From Mizuhopecten yessoensis (Eukaryota): a DNA stretch of 64,000 bases. This document shows, piece after piece, positions 38,901 to 50,629 of the stretch; position 1 is the stretch's first letter; the number at the start of each line of letters is the position of its first letter. The position numbers were made by a program, and so were the translations under genes. A model generated the notes under the pieces. The model saw only the letters and a list, made by a program, of their open reading frames with translations, did not search any database and was not told where the DNA came from. The stretch is from assembly GCF_002113885.1 (NCBI RefSeq), contig NW_018403984.1, positions 1,903,409 through 1,967,408 on the forward strand. Direction: 5' to 3'.

Positions 38901-40298
38901 TTGTATTTAAATAGTGTTTCCCGATGAATATGTCAATATATTTCATAACAGATAAATGATCTTTTTTGTTTTTATTTCATTGACAACCCTGAAGAAATAT
39001 GCCTTCTCCTGAATATCACTGTAGTGGTGTAGATTTTATATGTTAACAAATACAATAAAAAAGTAAGATTGATAGAATTTTATCTGTATTTCGACATTTC
39101 TGTCAGTCAAGGGAAAACACGGTGTTATCTTTTAACAACCTTGGTAAATCATGTTAGGTTGTTTTGAAGCTCTAACAAATAACCTTGTTTCATCTTGGTA
39201 TCAAGCAATTATGATATACGTGAACAGTTTATAAAATCCTTGACAAGTCAGATTTGGTTGCGGTTAGTTGACATGATAGGGAATTTAGATTCCTAAAGTT
39301 TAATCTAGCATCATATATTAGGAAAATATAATAACAAAACACATACAAAGCTGACTTTATACAATATTGATATTTTAAAATCAGGCAACCGACCTGTTTA
39401 ATTCAGAATATTTGGATGGTAATTTTATTGTTGAAGTTAATTAAAACAAAAGCAATACATTTTCCTTGACAATTTTCTCAAATAGGGATCATTTCGTTTC
39501 TTAGATCTTACATTTCTGAGTTTATACGAGTCTGACAAAAATATCTCTGTGTCTCTTTGCCAGTCCTATTCACCCGATAAAAAATCATAATTAAGAAAGA
39601 TATCATATTTAGCGTTATCATGTATCAAACATTTTTACAAGTACTCCTTTTTACAATTTTTTGATATTTCTCCCGCAGAACATCGCCAAACCTCTATAAA
39701 ACGGCACATAGCATAACTCTGTGTGTATTTCGAAAAGTGGAGCTTTTGTCGGGATTTGAACGGACGTATGGATGAGGTTGTACAAAAATCGTTTTAGATA
39801 TGTACATGCATGTGTTTCTTAGTACTTACGCAACGTTATTTGCGTTTCTGAATGTTACATAACGATTATTGGTGACTAGGGGATCGCGTGCTCTCGTGAC
39901 ATGAGTTGGTTTGCAGGTTGCTCTGATCTACATTCCGACGGCCGACTTTTACAGGGCTGCCCTGGGTCTTGCATGTGAATGACAGATATTGAGACAAAAC
40001 TCAAACGGGAGTGTATTTGATTGGCTTTTCAGACACCCTAGTGTATTATTCTTAATTCAAAAGCTTGTAGATTTTGTAGGTCAAAGCTATTTCGATAATT
40101 GTTGCAAATTATCTTTTCTCCATACATATAATAACCATTGATTGTCATGTCATAATCCACCAATGGCGCTTTTTCATAAACAGGCAGAAGTAATTCATAT
40201 TATAGACAGCTTAAAATGGCATTATTTGATTTACACGGATCACCGTATACAAAAGGCTTCCAAGGATGAAGAATTCAGATTTGTTGGTCGACCTAATT

Positions 40299-40497
40299 CT
40301 GCAGGTAAATAGTTAAAGGCTATGTATTTTAAGCAAATTTGTATTTGAGGCTAACCAATTAAGAACCCCTTATCTAATTATCATGTACTTTAATGTACAT
40401 ATTCTCTGTACATTCTTCACACAACTGTATTCTGTATCAGGTTCCGATGGGCCTATGGCCTAAAGTTTTAATAAATCTTGAATTTTGAAAAAAAAAA
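40299..40497 (+). mobile_element. About 200-bp 3' stub related to the LINE at 47290-47805
   Basis: 40320 onward translates LCILSKFVFEANQLR, versus LCTLGKFIYEANKLR in the 47-kb copy. Shares ATTCTCTGTACATT and GATGGGCCTATGGCCTAAA..AATAAATCTTGAA. Confidence 0.8.
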
Positions 40498-41526
40498 CCT
40501 TCACAGTGTTATTTGCATTGTAAATGAGTGACATATAAATACATCGCTCATTCAGATATGGAAATGATAATAATGTATGTATCTCGCTCGCCACATTCCT
40601 CTGCCTTCAATCCAGTGAGTAACAGTAAATGTCAATAGTTGATTGACTGACCAGTTGCAGACGATTTACTTGGATTTCACAAACAAAAATCTACACGTAG
40701 AATATAATGCATCTCTGAAGGGCAATACATGTACTTCCTTAATTTCAACCCCGGAGCACCAGTACAACCTCAGGTAAACTTACAATGTATATTATACCAT
40801 TTACATATATAAAAAGTGCTGACAACACCGTTACATTGGTATACCTACGACACACTCTTTATCCTTCCACGCTCATCATCTGTATAAATAAATTAACAAA
40901 ATGACAAATCGGCGTTTAAAACAAGTCGCTTTGATCTCACCGTAACCGACTCAATCTCACACGACTAATGTAGTTCTGATACAATAAAATGAAACGGTCG
41001 ACATCCATTAAGATGGCTAGTGGAAGATGGCGGCAATCTTAAGAATGTATACTACCAGCATGCTTTCATAATTTCCTGCAATAAAATTCTCATTAAATTG
41101 AATATTTTCTGGTATTAGCATGTATAATGACAGTCGATATGTCCTGGGGTAAAGTCATTTAGGAGTGTAATGTCAACCGAAAAAGGGAAACTTTCACAGA
41201 TCAGTTCGGCGATAGCGGCTAGGAGTTGAAGTCAAAGCTATAGAAATGATCTCAATATGAACGACCGGGCCCCAAAGATATATCTAGTCGTTTGAGAATT
41301 TAATACGTTTTCATAATTCATGTATTTGTTCATTACACTCACTTGTCACATGGAGTTTAGTAAATACAGTTTTATCATTGCGTGTTTGATTGATAGGCTG
41401 TCAATTCCGTGTCTGAGGAAGGCTTACTTTCTAAATCCAGAGGATATTCTGACCTTTTATAGGTTTGTTCTTTTAAAAAATGCCTAGCACACCTGTTCAG
41501 ATATATACACAAACATACATGGGCCT

Positions 41527-41681
41527 GGTCCCAGGATCCTGAAACGATCTTAAGTCTACATTTGACTTCAGTTTGGACTTAGCCAATCACAAATAACGTC
41601 ATGAAAAGTGACGCCATACGCGATTGGCTAAGCAAAAACTTAAGTCTTACATGATGTAGATTGTTTCATGATCCCGGGGCC
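41527..41681. mobile_element. Palindromic MITE, PIF/Harbinger-like ends
   Basis: GGTCCCAGGATCCTGAAACGATCT versus the reverse-complemented right end GGCCCCGGGATCATGAAACAATCT (20/24). Inner arms CTTAGCCAATC/GATTGGCTAAG. Confidence 0.75.
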
Positions 41682-43344
41682 GGGAGATTATGGTAAGAAG
41701 CCAACACTAACATGACGTTATGTTGCTGTTTCAGCATTGTCGTTTGTGCTAAAAGAACAGAAACTTTCATACGCCGTTACCATGGTATCATTAACGACTC
41801 TAAATTTAGAATACATTTATATGATTTAAACGGAGTTTTGTTGACATTCATGCCAGTATGAACGCAAATCAGTCATATCCATATGTAGCCCCGGCGGGCG
41901 TCATACACCCCAATTTGCGTTTATTCCGTCGTGAATGTTAAACACGTATCTGTTTATGGTAATATGAATACATACACGTATCTCGACACCCTTCTATCTA
42001 TTTAGTACTCATTTGGGAAAACATATAAATTTTAGACAGAAAATATAAAATCAAAGGCATTACGTTGTAATGAAAAATGATTGAAAAATGATTGTCCAGG
42101 CTGATGTATTTCCATGGAGAGTTGTGTACATTTAATCAGATATTGTAAATTAATGTGAACAGTTAGTGATGATAGTTTTAACTGAATAAGTTTGTGAATA
42201 TCATTTTAAAAAACCCAACATGATTCAGCAAGTTTCATTAATATCACGTGGAGTGTGAACATGTTACAGATTATGTATTTCCACATGCGTCTCAAAATGA
42301 TTTATCATTTAATCAAAATTATCTAGAAATTGCAAGCAATAACATGTTATGCATTGCTGCATATGTAACGTCAACAAGTGATGTACATGGTATGACACAT
42401 GTAGGGAGATGTATATGGTAGTTTTAATTGATATACATTACAGATAAAGCAATTGTTGTAAATGTGTTAGTATTATACAACAATACTCAGGATTTCTGAA
42501 GTTTGCTATTTTTTAGGTTTTATTTTTGGTGTTTGAGGTTTACGTGCTATGTTTCGTTATATAGATATATATGTCCTGTGTCTGTTTTCATAAAAAAACG
42601 TCCTCATGCTCAAATTAAGATTATACGCTCAAGCCAATTGTTTTGTTTTGGTGATGAGTTATTCGAATTTCACATTCTGTCAATGATTCGGGGAAGTTTG
42701 AAGAGACTTGAAACAAATCACGAAACTTGATTTGAGCACAGATTCCGTGTTTGAGCATCAGGACAGTTTCGTTCAATTGGAATCACAATAAACTTAAAAC
42801 ATTTGCGTCCTCTTAGAGCACACAGCGAAATCTTTGCTGAAGTTTGTCTTAAAATATGTTTACTAGTTCTTCTTTCGAGAATCCTCCCTTACGTGTGGAT
42901 GGCGTCATCTGTAAATCACGAGGGGTTCTGAGGAGCACGCCTATAACCCGAAAAAGTAATGTAGGTCTGACGTAAGCCTGTCGTGAATACGGAAAGTGCA
43001 ACAATGTCAGAGGAAAACTTCGACAAATCGAAAAGACCTGTGTTTTCTGAGGATATATTTTACGTGGAGATTGTTATTGATTGTTGTTGAAAGAAAACAG
43101 TATCCATATTTCCCAGCTTTCTCTTACACGTCCATCAGAAATGTGAAATTTTGCTACGGCTAAGTTAGGTGAGGTTGTTTTTTTTGACATCGAAAGCGCC
43201 CGACTTTTTTCGTACGAGTGTAGGGCGGGGACTATTTTACCGAATGATGATCTACACACTAAGCACGTCTAATATTGCTCTCTATATGTCCAAACCTACA
43301 TACTGAAACAAATGCTTAGGTCCATATGGAATCAAGTCGTAATC

Positions 43345-43455
43345 AAACACGTGTACACTCAACCGCACGTGTGGCCTTAAACATGTGTACACTCAACCAC
43401 ACGTGTGGCCTTAAACATGTGTACACTCAACCACACGTGTGGCTTTAAACATGTG
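43345..43455. repeat. 34-bp tandem repeat x3
   Basis: AAACATGTGTACACTCAACCACACGTGTGGCCTT at 43345, 43379 and 43413; a decayed relative lies at about 44082-44130. Confidence 0.92.
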
Positions 43456-43559
43456 CGTGGCTATTTTTCCGTCTATAACTAAGTCATTTAATAGATCCTA
43501 TTTTTTGCATATATTATTAGGAGGCGTAATTTAACATACATTAAACAGTTGTTGTCAGT

Positions 43560-43655
43560 CGGGGAGGGGGCAGATGTGGGTGAGGGTTGGGTATGGAGGG
43601 GATGGAGGTGGTGGATGTGGAGTGGGGTGGAGCGGGGTTGCATGAGGTGTTGGGT
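43560..43655 (+). other. G-rich tract, potential G-quadruplex
   Basis: GGGGAGGGGGCAGATGTGGGTGAGGGTTGGG...: more than four G3+ runs with loops of 7 nt or less. Confidence 0.6.
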
Positions 43656-45135
43656 TCTGTTTATCTGTTTAGAAAATAAAATTGCTTTCTCTGAGGAATG
43701 TGTAAATACACAATATCGCCATATGCAAGCTTTGAAGTGACATAGAAACATGCTAACGATCGATTACAAGACTTTATATGGAATGTATTTAAATTGACAA
43801 AAAAACCTTTAAATTGTTCATTACCTTTGTTTTTCGACATGATTGAATTGGCAAGTGTTTTCTCTAATCACGACCGATAATTAGCCATGCAGTAAATATG
43901 AGTCACTACGGGATCATTTATAATTCAACATCCACTACACCCTGTACCTGGATACAATCGATATCTAAATAATTTGGTTTCCAGTGGCCTTTGATAAATT
44001 TCTGATGTAGAAGGATATCTGAAAACCAAAAAAACATAAAAATGTTTCATTATGTGGTTATTTATAGATCCAATCCGTCATTAAACGTGTGCGCACGCAA
44101 CCACACGTGTGCTTCTACACACGTACATGGCCGTATAAGTCCGTCCATACTAAACTGCTTACCAATCACCGACTGACGCGTTGCGTATTTTGATTATCAA
44201 ACAACTTAATCTCAAACGCTATAAAATAGTTCGCGTGTTAAATTAGGTCAATTGATGAAAAGTAGGTCACGGGAAATGATTTATATATCAACTACTTGAA
44301 AAACAAGAAATCGGTTAAATCCCTTCAGGCTTGGACCCTTTTTTACACCCCCACAAAAGTACGAATCGGCCGATGAAATTAGACGCTAAAACTTGTTTGC
44401 TTCATGATCAAAGGTTGTTCATGAGAGCAGCCATTAATTAAAGTAAAAAAATAATGATAAAAAAATAATAAAACATCGAAACGAAACGATTTTGTATAGG
44501 AATCAATATACACTTGTATAGGAGATGAACAAAATCTATCAAACTTCAAGCAATCCTACACTGTCTCTGCAGAATACAGTTTGATGTCTTCAGTTATCGA
44601 TGAAAACTCTCAATATTTTTTTTTTACAAACGGACACCGTGACGCTCCAGAGGTTGCAGTAAGCCCTTGATCACAGTGCCTATTAACGAGTAGAATCCTA
44701 CTGTGTAAAATAACGACCAGAAATACTGTTACAAAGAGTTTGTTTGACTACAATGGAAACAGAAAGAAAGGCCAGGGATCAAGAAAGCATGGATATATTT
44801 CATTACGAGGTGTATTGAAGACGTTGACAGGTTTTAAAAAAGTATGCAGCGTTTTGGCCAACATATAAAATAGTATTAATGTTAATTCTTATTTGTATTA
44901 ATCTATTTCATAAACACTGGAAAATTCTCTTTTTTAAACGTCACACAGAATGTTACATTATGAACCTGTAGGTCGGATCCTCTCTTGCTGTGCCAGGGGT
45001 TTTGTGGTTAAGAAAATAATACGTATGCCGTTACCAAATGCATGATGTAAGAGATGAGGTGAGGAATCCTCTGCAGAAGTGAGTTTATTTGTGTGTCCTC
45101 TTCTCGGGAGGAGGGGTAGATGGGTTGGTACGAAA

Positions 45136-45176
45136 GTGTGTGTGTGTGTGTNNNNNNNNNNNNNNNNNGGGGGGGG
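45136..45176. other. (GT)n / assembly gap (N 45152-45168) / poly-G
   Basis: Directly visible. Confidence 0.95.
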
Positions 45177-45289
45177 ACCATACATAGATTTTCTGAACTG
45201 TTTGCAACATTTACGATCCCTTCGTTTTCTCATATTTCGAAGTACTTTGTTTTTATTTCCCGGCGTCTTACTTGGCAAGATCTCGCTTT

Positions 45290-45607
45290 TGGCCTTGTTG
45301 TTGAGGACTCACCCATGCGAGGGAGGTTACATTGTACTGGTTCTGTCCCTTGAGTGAGAATAACGAAAATCTAAGCATTGGTACTTACTGGTCTGCTTAA
45401 CGTTCTGCCTTGATTGGGTGGCGTTATGGACTCGTTAGCCCGTTGTCAGTATGGTATGACGGGATGGAGTGTAATAATGCTACAGTATGACACTACCCAG
45501 GTTATGACAGTTAAATAGTACATTGTAGTAGCCCCACCATCCGTGGACACCGTCTTCATATCACCTTAGATGTTGCGCGGACGTAGAACCTCAAAAATTA
45601 CCAAACC
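45290..45607 (+). mobile_element. Old Meta-type SINE copy
   Basis: Degenerate head, ATTGGTACTTACTG..CTGCTTAACGTTC core, GCCCGTTGTCAGTAT, and tail CACCTTAGATGTTGCGCGGACGTAGAACC..CCAAACC. Confidence 0.55.
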
Positions 45608-47289
45608 GTGTGAGGTGATGGTAGACGTTTCAGAGGTTTATATCAAGATCTGGTAAAATTGTCATCCCTTAGTGGTGGAACAGTGGAGTTTATAGAGAAG
45701 GTAACAGGATCACAAAGTATAAAACTGAACCTCCGCTATTTCTCGCAGTTTTAATCATATTCTCGTATGTATTAAAAATGCTTTGCATCCTTTGAAAAAA
45801 TTGCATTGTTTTCTTTCATTAACTTTCTTTATCCACGCAACACCTCTGGTCTTACTGTCTGCTGGTTGGATAAGGTGCGCTTTTCGGGACAGCTCGTGGT
45901 TGGCTGTCGACGTCATCCAAAGAACTCATGCATTTATATATTTTTTGCTGGTCGCTAGAAATCATGAATATGCAAATAATAGTTGCTGTATTAACCATTA
46001 AAATCTGAAAAAAAATCAGCTTGCATGAGTTTTGAGAGGAAACGGATATCAAGCATCCGCACATCCGCCAGAATTATGATATTTGCAGAAAAAAGTAGAG
46101 TTCATTTTAAGACTCTTTCTAAATATCCCCGGGCGTTATTAGGGGATGCCATTTTAAAGGAGTGTTGATATAATCTCTTAAAACGTCTGATAATACTCTC
46201 TGTGCATTAAGGGAGGTCCCAACATACATATCGAGTCTTAATTATCATGCCTCCGAACGTAAAGACTCAATTTTGGCATGCATATCCGTTCGGCTAGGAT
46301 TGTCTATCCCTGGCGGACTGATCCAATTAAATCCTATTAAATATTCAGCCAGGTTTTTCTAGTGATAAACATTACCTGTCAATCTCTTGTAAGTCCGCCT
46401 ACCACCACCTAGTATTCATGTTTTATTCACGTGTAAAACAAAATATGTATCTCTTTAGTTTTAACCTTTTTATCGTACTTTCTCTCGTCCCCTTTATTCT
46501 GCCTTTTCGACAAAAGTATGACCCTTTTCATGACTGTTGAAAATCTGGAGCATTGTGGTTGCCTTTTTATTTTCCGTTTCTCTTCGTTACTCTCGCCCTC
46601 CTGTTCTGTCTTTTCGTCAATATACAGTATACCTTCCACACTTTCCCATTTCCTCGCAGTTTTGTGACGGTCTACTATACATCTTGCGCAATTTTGTTAC
46701 GCCTGATGTCACGTGTTTGGTTATGCGGTGCTTTTAGTGCCGAGTGCAGCAATCGTAACAAACTCCGTAGGGAGGAAAGAGCGTGCGAAACATTCGAACA
46801 TTTCTGAAATTGTTGTGACTGATGAAATAAAAAGATAAAAGTATCGATAATTTGGCCGTATCGTTGAAATTGCATTAGCCCCAAGACAGTGTTGACATCC
46901 TCTTGTCATTTCACGTATTTAAATCTGTGATGATGGAGTTAATAGTTTGACACGTGCATACTGAAGATCTCTATCTCGCCTCAGAGCATTACTGCCACGC
47001 GAAATCTTCAGACCACAAAATAGATTTTTTTCTATTGAATTGATAAATGCGGATATTTTTAAACCCTTGGGGATAAATAGTTTTTGCGTCTTGTATAGTG
47101 AGCTTCAGCGAAATATATTCCGTTTATTTATGTTGTACACACGCACTGACTCGAGTGACAACTAGTTAAGGTACTTTTTTTTTTATTTCAATATAAATCG
47201 TTTGGAAGCTGATTGGAAGCACAAAGTTGTGTCCCTGCCGGTTTTTGATATTTTAAAGCATCACTCTCATTGTGAACATGTTATCAATA

Positions 47290-47805
47290 TCAAGTTTTTC
47301 AAGTTTTATTCGAAATTTAGGCCATTGGCCCATCAGTATACAATACATATTATACACAAATCATGGACAATGTACAGAGAATGAAGACAATCATATTCAA
47401 TTTTAATACCCTTAATTTGTTTGCCTCATAGATGAATTTTCCTAGTGTACACAATTCTTTAATATTATGGACACTCAATAACTGAACGGCTTTAAACACA
47501 GATGGTTTTTACAATAATAGCTTTTGATAAAACGTGATCTGAGATTTTGGAATTTAGAACAGACCAATAAAAAATGAAATTCGTCCTCTACTTCAGACGG
47601 GGAGTTACACTGTTTACAATATCTACGTTCTCTAGGTATATTATTATACCTTCCAACTTCTACAACCAACGAATGTGTAGATGTAAGGATTCGAGTTAAA
47701 CATATGCGATATTTCATTGGTATATATTTTGTGAGGTAAAATTGTAATGATTCTCCAAAATCAATGATATTTTCATACAATAAACATTTTGGAGAGTTTT
47801 CCACT
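47290..47805 (-). pseudogene. 5'-truncated non-LTR retrotransposon: ORF2 C-terminal Cys/His domain plus 3' UTR (RTE-X/CR1-group-like)
   Basis: SPKCLLY..LQFYL..HSLVVEVGRYNNIPRERRYCKQC..EDEFHFLLVCSKFQNLR is a typical LINE ORF2 C-terminal motif. Restoring one base in the run at 47506-47510 continues KPSVFKAVQLLSVHNIKELCTLGKFIYEANKLR. Ends with AATAAA and CTTGAA-like repeats. Clade not verified. Confidence 0.88.
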
Positions 47806-47991
47806 GGGGCCCTACGTAACAATGTATGAGAAATACTAACTGGTTTTTTGTTATGCTTGAAAACGTCATCTCGATGAGTTATAAGCTGTACCTGGGCCAT
47901 GCGATTTCTATGCGTAGATACATAACGAATTTAGTCCATAACAACGGCAGCCAGGATTTCCCGGGACCTCAACGCTTACAAGTAAACTGTA

Positions 47992-49735
47992 ATGTACGAC
48001 TGGTTCTCTCTAGGTAAACGTGATCATTACAACTCCTTACATGTACGACTGGTTCTCTCTAGGTAAACGTGATCATTACCACTCCTTACATGTAGAACTG
48101 GTTATCTCTAGGTAAAACGTGATCATTACAACTCCTTACATTTACGACTGGTTCTCTCTAGGTAAACGTGATCATTACCAATCCTTACATGTAGAACTGG
48201 TTATCTCTAGGTAAAACGTGAGGTTCTCTCTAGGTAAACGTGATCATTACCAATCCTTACATGTAGAACTGGTTATCTCTAGGTAAAACGTGATCATTAC
48301 CACTCCTTACATGTACGGCTGGTTCTCTCTAGGTAAACGTGATCATTACAACTCCTTACATGTACGACTGGTTCTTTCTAGGTAAACGTGATCATTACAA
48401 CTTCTTACATGTACGACTGATTCTCGCTAGTGAAACGTGATCATTACAACTCCTTACATGTACGACTGGTTCTCTCTAGGTAAAACGTGATCATTACCAC
48501 TCTTTACATGTACGACTGGTTCTCTCTAGGTAAAACGTGATCATTACAACTCCTTACATGTACGACTGGTTCTCTCTAGGTAAAACGTGATCATTACAAC
48601 TCCTTACATGTACGACTGGTTCTCTCTAGGTAAAACGTGATCATTACAACTCCTTACATGTACGACTGGTTCTCTCTAGGTAAAACGTGATCATTACAAC
48701 TCCTTACATGTACGACTGGTTCTCTCTAGGTAAAACGTGATCATTACAACTCCTTACATGTACGACTGGTTCTCTCTAGGTAAAACGTGATCATTACAAC
48801 TCCTTACATGTACGACTGGTTCTCTCTAGGTAAAACGTGATCATTACAACTCCTTACATGTACGACTGGTTCTCTCTAGGTAAAACGTGATCATTACAAC
48901 TCCTTACATGTACGACTGGTTCTCTCTAGGTAAAACGTGATCATTACAACTCCTTACATGTACGACTGGTTCTCTCTAGGTAAAACGTGATCATTACAAC
49001 TCCTTACATGTACGACTGGTTCTCTCTAGGTAAAACGTGATCATTACAACTCCTTACATGTACGACTGGTTCTCTCTAGGTAAAACGTGATCATTACAAC
49101 TCCTTACATGTACGACTGGTTCTCTCTAGGTAAAACGTGATCATTACAACTCCTTACATGTACGACTGGTTCTCTCTAGGTAAAACGTGATCATTACAAC
49201 TCCTTACATGTACGACTGGTTCTCTCTAGGTAAAACGTGATCATTACAACTCCTTACATGTACGACTGGTTCTCTCTAGGTAAAACGTGATCATTACAAC
49301 TCCTTACATGTACGACTGGTTCTCTCTAGGTAAAACGTGATCATTACAACTCCTTACATGTACGACTGGTTCTCTCTAGGTAAAACGTGATCATTACAAC
49401 TCCTTACATGTACGACTGGTTCTCTCTAGGTAAAACGTGATCATTACAACTCCTTACATGTACGACTGGTTCTCTCTAGGTAAAACGTGATCATTACAAC
49501 TCCTTACATGTACGACTGGTTCTCTCTAGGTAAAACGTGATCATTACAACTCCTTACATGTACGACTGGTTCTCTCTAGGTAAAACGTGATCATTACAAC
49601 TCCTTACATGTACGACTGGTTCTCTCTAGGTAAAACGTGATCATTACAACTCCTTACATGTACGACTGGTTCTCTCTAGGTAAAACGTGATCATTACAAC
49701 TCCTTACATGTACGACTGGTTCTCTCTAGGTAAAA
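47992..49735. repeat. 50-bp satellite, about 35 copies
   Basis: TACGACTGGTTCTCTCTAGGTAAAACGTGATCATTACAACTCCTTACATG. Variant units at 47992-48503, identical units at 48504-49735. Confidence 0.98.
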
Positions 49736-50629
49736 ACTTGTTTTGTTTTATGTTTACTATTCTCTCCCTCACGTGTTGATTGCATTTCACGAAATCTAAA
49801 TGGTTCATGATTAATTTTATTCTAGAAAATTCAATTAATCATGTCTTTCTTATTGTGTATAATATTGCTGAAATCAGTGTTAACTCATCGTAAATATCCC
49901 CGCTACAACCATGCTTTTTTCCTCATTTTGATTTTTCTTCTGTCCTCCACATTTCTTTCCTTCCTCTCCATCTCTCTCTTTAGCTATTCTCTAACCCCAC
50001 TTCAGCCTCTTTTCCTTCTCTCCTTTCATACCTTTTTATTTCATGGAGTTTAATTTTATTTATTAATGGAATAAAGACAAGAAAGCTTTTTGAAGCAAGC
50101 TCCCTGGTAAGGTGAGGATTGGAACATGGGTGGTTGTAGCTTGATCGTCCCCATCTGTTTTCTAGCTCATTATTGTATTTGAGGGTGTGCTTCTTTTTTT
50201 TCCTCCGGAGAATTTGCGATTAAACGGCCCTCACATTCAACACAGAGGCATGGAATCCATTACGTAAGCGGGGACTCGGTGTTAGAATGAAGAAAGATAG
50301 CTGTTATGGCTTTCCCTGACAATAATTACTGCTACGTGACAAAGGATGGGAATTAAAAGCAGCATGCTGAAAATAGGTGCCAATATTTCAAGAATTTTGA
50401 AATAGAAATTTGATTGTTGAATGTGTCTGGGACTGTGACAGCGTCATTCATCTTCCTTGCAATTTCTTTCTCGCCTCAGGATCAATTTAATATTTGATGC
50501 ACATGATAAAGTTGTTTCCAGGAGAAATATAGTCAGAACAGAGCTGGTATTCCTGGAAGTCTTAGAATCACACGACAGGCCAGCTGTATAGAGAAAGCGA
50601 ACATGAAGGAGTAGAAAAAACAGAAGTTA

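Noticed and set aside
46537-46807. Short ORFs with signal-peptide-like hydrophobic starts
   Set aside because: Non-ATG starts, hydrophobicity explained by T-rich DNA, and no domain.
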